DNA of 20,395 nucleotides, taken from contig CAXTKV010000085.1 of NCBI GenBank assembly GCA_964244895.1, forward strand, positions 1 to 20,395, written 5' to 3'. The notes under the pieces are model-generated. The model was not told the DNA's origin, made no database searches, and saw only the letters and a list, made by a program, of their open reading frames with translations. The DNA comes from an uncultured Deinococcales bacterium. Lineage in GTDB: Bacteria; Deinococcota; Deinococci; Deinococcales; JAAFIG01. The position numbers and the translations under genes are program-made. Below, one piece after another: positions 14,903-20,395 of this stretch; position 1 is the stretch's first letter; every line of letters begins with the position of its first letter.

Positions 14903-15356
14903 ATGACCTCCGAAGAACAGGTCTCATCGCTCGTCGGACGCCTGTACGAGATCGTCCATGAACTGGAACGCATGTTTCCGGATCGGAAGTTCACGCCGGA
15001 CGGTCACCTCGTCGGGTCTATCGGTGAAGCGCTGGCAGCCATGCGCTATCAACTCGGACTTTTACCAGCTTCCGCAAAAACGCACGATGCACACGACGCT
15101 AACGGGCGTTGTGTGCAGATCAAATGCGACACAGGGACGCTCGGTCGGAATTTCGAGCGAACCAGATTTCTGACTGGTGCTGAAGCTGAACAAGGACGGT
15201 CAGATCGAGGAGGTCTACAACGGGCCGGGTAAGCCCGCGTGGGAAGCTGCTGGACACATGCGACCGAACGGTCAGCGTTCAATCTCGTTCACGAGACTCA
15301 AACCCTCGAATCAGCACGTCTCGAGTTCCGAGCGAATACCAATACGAGCGCCGTGA
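14903..15356 (+). pseudogene. Disrupted DUF6998-like (putative PD-(D/E)xK-type) gene
   Basis: RKFTPDGHLVGSIGE...HDA...VQIK, then one extra T (15125) shifts the frame to ATQGRSVGISSEPDF, in-frame TGA at 15171-15173, then LVLKLNKDGQIEEVYNGPG...NGQRSISF to TGA 15356. Confidence 0.8.
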
Positions 15357-15367
15357 GACAACATGAT

Positions 15368-15712
15368 TCAGATCGGTAACTGCGGTCTGAACCCGTCGTC
15401 TTCCAGGGCGTGATGAACGTCCGCCGTCAGGCGCTCGAGGTGAATCCCATCGCGTTCCAGCGCGTATTCGGGGCTCACGTCCTGCAAGCGCCGGATGGCT
15501 TTGGCGTAGTTCAGCATTCCGCCCCTGGGACTGTCGTAATGGCGGCGTTTGTGGATCGCAGCGGCCAGCAAAATCAGGCCCTGGACGTAGTTCGCCTCGA
15601 AGGTATCACCGCGCGCTTTGGCGGCGTTCCACGGAACCTCCCAGGCTTCGTGGGCTTCCCAGTATTCGCCCGCGTTGAAGAGTTTCGCGCCCTCGAGCAT
15701 GTCCGGTCGCAC
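15368..15712 (-). CDS. DUF309 domain protein (putative metal-dependent hydrolase)
   Basis: LFNAGEYWEAHEAWEVPW and QGLILLAAAIHK motifs. Start reassigned to GTG 15712, 6 nt after the extended -10 TGcTACGCT. Confidence 0.88.
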   Translation of the reverse strand: MRPDMLEGAKLFNAGEYWEAHEAWEVPWNAAKARGDTFEANYVQGLILLAAAIHKRRHYDSPRGGMLNYAKAIRRLQDVSPEYALERDGIHLERLTADVHHALEDDGFRPQLPI

Positions 15713-15732
15713 GTCTGGAGCGTAGCACCCAC

Positions 15733-15760
15733 GGGCGGGGTACGGGTCGGGGTTGCGGGG
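15733..15760 (+). other. Potential G-quadruplex motif in a divergent promoter region
   Basis: GGG-c-GGGG-tac-GGG-tc-GGGG-ttgc-GGGG. Confidence 0.55.
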
Positions 15761-15765
15761 TCGCG

Positions 15766-15786
15766 CGCGTGCTGAACGGTGTTCTT
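15766..15786. repeat. ~50-bp palindromic repeat family, solo right arm (copy 7)
   Basis: CGCGTGCTGAACGGTGTTCTT. Confidence 0.7.
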
Positions 15787-15854
15787 GAACGCACAACTGA
15801 CCCGTGGGGAACGGTGTCACTGCGATATTCTGGGCGCGTCGGTAGACTGATCAA

Positions 15855-16937
15855 ATGAACGAGATCGCGGCCAGGGAGCGTCTGACGCGGGCTCGGGCGT
15901 GGGTCAGCTTGCGCTACCCGTTCTTCGCGGTGCTGGCCCTGCACCTGCCGGATCGGGTCTCGCGCGGCGCGGACTGGGGCGCGAGGACGGACGGCAGAAG
16001 CCTGGAGTACGACCCGGCCTTCGTGGCGCAACTGTCCGACGAGCAGACGCGCGGCTTGCTGCTGCACCTGGTGCTGCACGCGGCCTTCGGGCATCCGTGG
16101 CGCAGGGGTGCGCGGGACGCGGCGCGCTGGGACACGGCCTGCGACATCGTGGTCAACGGCACGCTGCGCAAACTGACGGGCCTGAAACTGCCACCCGGCG
16201 CGGAAACCACGGATATTGAACTCGAGGCTGAAGCCGTGGAAACCGTCTACGACAGGCTCCCGGTTGACCTCGAGCAACCTCTGAGCGGAGCCACGTCTCC
16301 TCCGTCTCGGGGTTCATCCGACGCGAGCGATCTGGAATCGTACTGGGATGACGCGCGGCAGGCCGCCGCGCAGACCGGAGACGCGCCCGGCGGCATCGCG
16401 CGGCATTACCCGAGCAAACGATCCAGCACCAACTGGCGCGACCGCCTGACGCGCTACCTGGTCGCGGCAACCCGCGATTACGTCTGGAACCCACCGGATC
16501 GGCGCATGATGGCCTACGACCTGATCTACCCCAGCCTGTCCGGTCAGGCCGCGCGCGTGGCCGTCGCGGTGGACACGTCCGGCAGCGTCGGCCCCGAATT
16601 GATCGGCGCGTTCATGGCGGAAGTTCGCGCTATTTCTCGGTCGCACCCGGACGTGACGGGCATCGTGCTGTACGCGGACGCCGCCGTCAACGAAGTGCAC
16701 GACCTGACGCGCGCCCCGCCACCCAGCGTCACGGGCGGCGGCGGAACGAGCTTCTGGCCCGTGCTGCGCGAACTCGAGCGCAGACGAGAGCAACCGCAGG
16801 TGCTGATTTACCTGACGGACGCCCAACCCGAATCCTGGCCGCCCAGACCGACGTACCCGGTCGTGTGGGTCGTGCCGGACGGGGAGCTCGAGCTTGCACC
16901 ACCGTATGGGGAAGTCCTGCGAATCTCGGTTGCGTGA
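15855..16937 (+). CDS. DUF2201-type putative metallopeptidase-like + VWA domain protein
   Basis: PFFAVL, RTDGR, LLHLVLHAAFGH, WDTACDIVVN, MIDAS DTSGS, GGGGTSF.PV, YLTD; leaderless TAGACT-N6-ATG. Confidence 0.9.
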   Translation: MNEIAARERLTRARAWVSLRYPFFAVLALHLPDRVSRGADWGARTDGRSLEYDPAFVAQLSDEQTRGLLLHLVLHAAFGHPWRRGARDAARWDTACDIVVNGTLRKLTGLKLPPGAETTDIELEAEAVETVYDRLPVDLEQPLSGATSPPSRGSSDASDLESYWDDARQAAAQTGDAPGGIARHYPSKRSSTNWRDRLTRYLVAATRDYVWNPPDRRMMAYDLIYPSLSGQAARVAVAVDTSGSVGPELIGAFMAEVRAISRSHPDVTGIVLYADAAVNEVHDLTRAPPPSVTGGGGTSFWPVLRELERRREQPQVLIYLTDAQPESWPPRPTYPVVWVVPDGELELAPPYGEVLRISVA

Positions 16938-16950
16938 GCCACCCGCAGGG

Positions 16951-17047
16951 TTCTCCAGCACGCTGAATCTCGAGTTTGCGTTCGAGTTCTGGAGAAGAAC
17001 ACCGTCTGGCACGCATTCTAAAATTCGCGTGCCAGACGGTGTTCTTC
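16951..17047. repeat. ~50-bp palindromic repeat family, copy 8 (16994-17047), preceded by a degenerate inner-arm hairpin (16951-16995)
   Basis: GAAGAACACCGTCTGGCACGC-attctaaaattc-GCGTGCCAGACGGTGTTCTTC with perfect 21-bp arms, between convergent genes. Confidence 0.92.
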
Positions 17048-17051
17048 AAAC

Positions 17052-17318
17052 TTAATTCGCGCTGGGAGCCGTGTACAAGCCGTTCTTCTCGAGCCACGCA
17101 TCCAGTTTGGCGCGGCTGAAATTACTCATGCTGGCGGCGTCACCGTTGTATTCCAGGGTCGGCACGCTTCGCCTGCCGCCGTTGAGGCTCATGACGTGCT
17201 GCGCGGCGGTTTCGTCCTGCTCGATGTCAATTTCCTGGTATTCCAGGCCGCGCTGCTCGAGGACGCGTTTGGTGACGCGGCAATCGCCGCACCAGCTGGT
17301 CGTGTACATCTTGATCAT
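17052..17318 (-). CDS. Glutaredoxin/NrdH/mycoredoxin-like protein (88 aa)
   Basis: MIKMYTTSWCGDC active site and NGGRRSVPT cis-Pro motif; SD GGAG before ATG 17318. Confidence 0.92.
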   Translation of the reverse strand: MIKMYTTSWCGDCRVTKRVLEQRGLEYQEIDIEQDETAAQHVMSLNGGRRSVPTLEYNGDAASMSNFSRAKLDAWLEKNGLYTAPSAN

Positions 17319-17465
17319 GGTTGTTCTCCGTGTCAGACGGTGGGGTTGATGAAAGGAAACCGTCGGGAAGCGCTGGGATGTCGTCGGAGCCTGCGGCTCG
17401 AACCCTGCGAAGGCTATCACCTCCGGGGGCGCGGTTCGGTCGCGCGCCGTACCATTCCGGGCGCA

Positions 17466-17492
17466 AGGAACACCGTTTAGGACGGTATTCCT
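17466..17492. repeat. Internally deleted mini-copy of the palindromic repeat (copy 9)
   Basis: AGGAACACCGT-ttagg-ACGGTATTCCT, i.e. outer arms only. Confidence 0.75.
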
Positions 17493-17536
17493 GGGTACAC
17501 GGGTTTGTGTGACGCGCGCGCGTTATGATTCCAGCC

Positions 17537-18643
17537 ATGAAGATTGACCGGATCGAATTGCGCGAAGTCCGACTGATGATGAAATACGCGTTCGAGACCA
17601 GCTTCGGCGTCGAGCAGCTCAAACGCGCGCTCCTGGTCAGCGTTCACTCTGAAGGTCTGGTCGGCGTGGGCGAAGTCTCGTGCGGCGAAACGCCCGGCTA
17701 CAACCACGAAGCCACCGACACCGCCTGGGTCGTGCTGCGCGAATTCATCGTGCCCGCCGTGCTGGGCCAGGACTACGCCAGCCCCGCCGACTTCCAACCC
17801 GTTTCCAAGCGGGTGCGCGGCAATTACTTCACCAAAGGCGCGCTCGAGATGGCGCTCTGGGATCTGTTCGCCAAGGCCGCCGACCAGCCGCTGTGGAAGT
17901 ACATCGGCGGCACGAAAACCGATCTGCCCGTCGGGTTGAGCGTGGGGATCAGGAAAAGCCCCGAGGAACTGAAAGCCTTCGTGACCGAACAGGCCGCGCT
18001 CGGCTACAGGCGCATCAAACTGAAAATTGCGCCCGGACGCGACCTGCAATTCGTGCAGGCCGCCCGCGAAGCGCTCGGGCCGGACATGGCCTTGACGGTG
18101 GACGCCAACAGCGCTTACAGCCTCCAGGACATCGAACACCTGAAAGCCCTCGATCAGTACGGCCTGGAATACATCGAGCAACCGTTGCACTACGACGACA
18201 TCGTGGATCACGCGGCGGTCGCGCGGCAATTAAAGACGCCGATCTGCCTGGACGAACCGATTCACCTGGCTGACGACGTGCGCAAGGCGCACCAGTTGGG
18301 TTCCGGCAAGGTCATCAACCTGAAACTGGGGCGCGTCGGCGGGTTCCTGGAATCCAAGAAGATCGCGGAGTTCTGCGGCGCGAACGACATGGGCTTGTGG
18401 TGCGGCGGCATGATGGAAACCGGCGTGGGGCGCGCCCACAACGTCGCGCTGCAAACCCTGAGCGCGTTTAACAGCGCGTCCGACACCGCACCCAGCGCGC
18501 GCTACTGGGACGAGGACATCGTGGAACCCGAAATCACGATGGACGACGGTTACACGCACCCGCTGCCCGGCATCGGGATCGGCGTGAGCCTGCGGCACGA
18601 CAGAATCGAGAAGTTGACCTTTCACAAAGAGGAATATAAATAA
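17537..18643 (+). CDS. menC: o-succinylbenzoate synthase / N-succinyl(acyl)amino acid racemase (enolase superfamily)
   Basis: FETSFG, KLK catalytic motif, DAN, EQP, CLDE, NLKLGRVGG, WCGGMMETGVGRA. Start set to ATG 17537 (TATGAT-N7-ATG, leaderless). Confidence 0.9.
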   Translation: MKIDRIELREVRLMMKYAFETSFGVEQLKRALLVSVHSEGLVGVGEVSCGETPGYNHEATDTAWVVLREFIVPAVLGQDYASPADFQPVSKRVRGNYFTKGALEMALWDLFAKAADQPLWKYIGGTKTDLPVGLSVGIRKSPEELKAFVTEQAALGYRRIKLKIAPGRDLQFVQAAREALGPDMALTVDANSAYSLQDIEHLKALDQYGLEYIEQPLHYDDIVDHAAVARQLKTPICLDEPIHLADDVRKAHQLGSGKVINLKLGRVGGFLESKKIAEFCGANDMGLWCGGMMETGVGRAHNVALQTLSAFNSASDTAPSARYWDEDIVEPEITMDDGYTHPLPGIGIGVSLRHDRIEKLTFHKEEYK

Positions 18644-18702
18644 GAACACCGTTCTACACAATGTTCTCGAGATACAGAAATTTGCGTGCTGGACGGCGTT
18701 CT
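18643..18702. repeat. ~50-bp palindromic repeat family, copy 10
   Basis: AGAACACCGTTCTACAC...GCGTGCTGGACGGCGTTCT, overlapping the TAA of menC. Confidence 0.85.
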
Positions 18703-18735
18703 CGAGTGCCAGGTCAGATCAGACCCGCGCCCGAG

Positions 18736-18966
18736 ATGGATTGCACCGCGAAGGAATTCGGGATAAACGTATCGCTCGCGTTCGTCGAGCAGTGCCTCGA
18801 GTACGCCAGACAAATCGGCGCGACGAACATCGCGGATAAATTCAATTCCCTCAACCCGACCGCCACGCTCGTCCTCGAAACCTTGCGAATCGAACGCGGC
18901 GCGGCTGACTTTTCAGCGCGGCGCGTGACGAAAAACACCGTCCCGCACGGCACTTTTCAACCTTGA
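18736..18966 (+). pseudogene. Possible gene fragment or small ORF between two repeat copies
   Basis: Helical-looking stretch SLAFVEQCLEYARQIGATNIADKF; no clear SD or -10; the 3' end runs into repeat copy 11. Confidence 0.3.
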
Positions 18967-18991
18967 GGAATCGCGTCCCGGACAGCGCACT
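18932..18991. repeat. ~50-bp palindromic repeat family, degenerate copy 11
   Basis: AAAACACCGTCCCGCACG...CGCGTCCCGGACAGCGCACTC. Confidence 0.7.
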
Positions 18992-19061
18992 CGACTCACC
19001 ACGCATTTTGCTTTAGGCCATATACTTTTTTCGGTTCATCAATATCAATAAGGAGAAAATC

Positions 19062-19475
19062 ATGATGCATAACAGGGTGCTTTCTGTTCTCGCCATCCTC
19101 GGCCTCTCGGTGGCGCTCGTCGCGTGTCCCGGCGGGAGCACCGCTGGCGGTAGCGTGGCTGGCAACTGGGACGGCAAGGAAGACTATCCGACCGGTTACT
19201 CCGACGCGTACACGCGCTATCAACTGACCAACACGGGCAATGCCATCGGTGGAACGGTCTCGTACTGCGATCAGGCGTTCGCGGCCTGTACTCCGGCGGG
19301 AAACGTGACGGGCAGCCTGAGCGGCAACAACGCGCAGTGGACGTACACCGATTCGGGCGGCGGCACCACCACAGTCGCCGGTACGTTCAACGGCAGCGCG
19401 TTCTCCGGGACGGCCAAGGCGGTTTTCCAGGACAAGACGACGCAGACGGCGCAGCTCACCATGACCAAAAAGTAA
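19062..19475 (+). CDS. Hypothetical lipoprotein (Gly/Thr-rich, beta-strand rich)
   Basis: Signal peptide with lipobox LVAC; SD AAGGAG; AT-rich upstream region with TATACT (19021-19026); one further Cys pair. Confidence 0.88.
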   Translation: MMHNRVLSVLAILGLSVALVACPGGSTAGGSVAGNWDGKEDYPTGYSDAYTRYQLTNTGNAIGGTVSYCDQAFAACTPAGNVTGSLSGNNAQWTYTDSGGGTTTVAGTFNGSAFSGTAKAVFQDKTTQTAQLTMTKK

Positions 19476-19487
19476 GCCCCCTGAAGG

Positions 19488-19526
19488 AAGCCCGAGGCGC
19501 AGACGAGCGCCTCGGGCTTTTCGTTT
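19488..19526 (+). terminator. Intrinsic terminator
   Basis: Stem AAGCCCGAGGCGC / loop agacga / GCGCCTCGGGCTT, followed by TTCGTTT, between convergent genes. Confidence 0.85.
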
Positions 19527-20395
19527 ACAGGCGCACGACCTCGAGCGTATCGCCCGCGCCGATGTCCGTGTTCGGCGGGATCAGCGCCAGCGCGTTCGAT
19601 TCGACCATCGAACGCAGCACCTGCGACGACTGGTTCTGGAAAGCGGTAACGGTGAATTCCAGGCTGTTCTGTTCCAGCCTGACGCGTTGCAGGCCGAGTT
19701 TCGCGCCGTAAGCCTTGAACGGCGTCAGCGCGCGAGCCATCACGGTTTCATACGGTTTCTCGAGCACACCCCAACGGGCGTAAAACGCGGCCTTGACGAC
19801 CATCAAGAAGACCACCATCGAGGACACGGGGTTGCCGGGAAGCCCGAAGAACGGCGTCTCGCGCCAGGTGCCGCACAACGGCGGGCCGCCGGGTTTGAGT
19901 TTCAGACGCCAGAAGTGAACGGTGCCTTCGGTTTCTAAGAGCTTGCGCACGAAGTCGCGTTCGCCCATGCTGACGCCGCCCACCGACGCGATCAGGTGCG
20001 CGGAGAGCGCGGAATCCAGGCTCGAGCGGATCGAATCCAGGTCGTCGGGCACGCGCGGCAGCACGATGGGCTGGCCGCCCATCTCCTGCACCAGCGCCGC
20101 CAGGCCGTAATTGGAGTTGTACACGCCGCCGTCCGGCAGGGGCTGGCCGGGTTCCACGATCTCATCGCCGGTGGACAGGATGGCGATGCGCGGGCGCTCA
20201 TGGACGGGCAACTGGCCGTGTCCCATCGCGGCGGCCAGCGCGATCTGCGGGCCGCGCAGGATCTGACCGCGTTTCAGGTACGCGCTGCCTCGCTCGAGAT
20301 CCTGACCGCGACGGCGCACGTCGGGCGTGGCGGGACGGTTCAGCAACACGAACGCGCCGTCCCTGGACGTGTGTTCGACTGCCGCGATGCCGGTC
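19525..20395 (-). CDS. moeA: Molybdopterin molybdenumtransferase MoeA (5' part outside the window)
   Basis: VRRRGQD, ILSTGDEI, YNSN, GGVSMGERDFV, KPGGP, GLPGNPVSS, QSSQ.L.SM..SNAL; frame stays open to the right edge. Confidence 0.95.
   Translation of the reverse strand, partial: TGIAAVEHTSRDGAFVLLNRPATPDVRRRGQDLERGSAYLKRGQILRGPQIALAAAMGHGQLPVHERPRIAILSTGDEIVEPGQPLPDGGVYNSNYGLAALVQEMGGQPIVLPRVPDDLDSIRSSLDSALSAHLIASVGGVSMGERDFVRKLLETEGTVHFWRLKLKPGGPPLCGTWRETPFFGLPGNPVSSMVVFLMVVKAAFYARWGVLEKPYETVMARALTPFKAYGAKLGLQRVRLEQNSLEFTVTAFQNQSSQVLRSMVESNALALIPPNTDIGAGDTLEVVRL

Noticed and set aside
15171..15173. In-frame TGA as selenocysteine or programmed readthrough
   Set aside because: The position falls in a hydrophobic strand rather than a Cys site, and the gene also has a frameshift
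15713..15820. N-terminal extensions in the ORF track (DUF309 to 15820; also 4928-4984, 17319-17420, 17525-17536)
   Set aside because: They run through repeats or promoter sequence; better starts are supported by -10 spacing, SD or family N-termini
17319..17460. tRNA-like or ncRNA element upstream of the glutaredoxin (GGTTCGAGCC; strong GGAGGTGAT on the minus strand)
   Set aside because: No cloverleaf could be built and no start codon lies at SD spacing; more simply a promoter (TGaTAGCCT) plus 5' UTR
156..18991. Palindromic repeats as a CRISPR array or integron attC sites
   Set aside because: Copies are dispersed kilobases apart between ordinary genes in both orientations, with no regular spacers, no cas or integrase gene and no RYYYAAC/GTTRRRY ends

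Overview
GC-rich bacterial chromosomal window, most likely Deinococcota (inferred from many leaderless TANNNT-N5-7-start genes, an OSBS/NSAR of the Deinococcus type and a non-lipidated sugar-binding protein). Genes: two Gfo/Idh/MocA oxidoreductases divergent from a sugar ABC importer (binding protein + 2 permeases, no ATPase), two small leaderless genes, a minus-strand run plsX - mscS-like - PAS/GGDEF/EAL, a small hypothetical, a cephalosporin/penicillin-acylase-family Ntn hydrolase, a twice-disrupted DUF6998-like pseudogene, DUF309, an orphan DUF2201/VWA protein, a glutaredoxin-like protein, OSBS/NSAR, a lipoprotein and the 3' part of moeA. Most intergenic gaps hold a ~50-bp palindromic repeat (AGAACACCGTCCRGCACGC...GCGTGYYGGACGGTGTTCT, 11 full or partial copies) and/or GTAG-type REP palindromes, and CTCGAG is strongly over-represented. 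The most unusual signal is a set of 'bridge' ORFs spanning spacers between co-directional genes, with start/stop overlaps at both ends. These form an unbroken potential translational-coupling relay from 12255 to 6938 on the minus strand, plus a second bridge between the two permeases. All coordinates and counts were read by eye; no database search was run.
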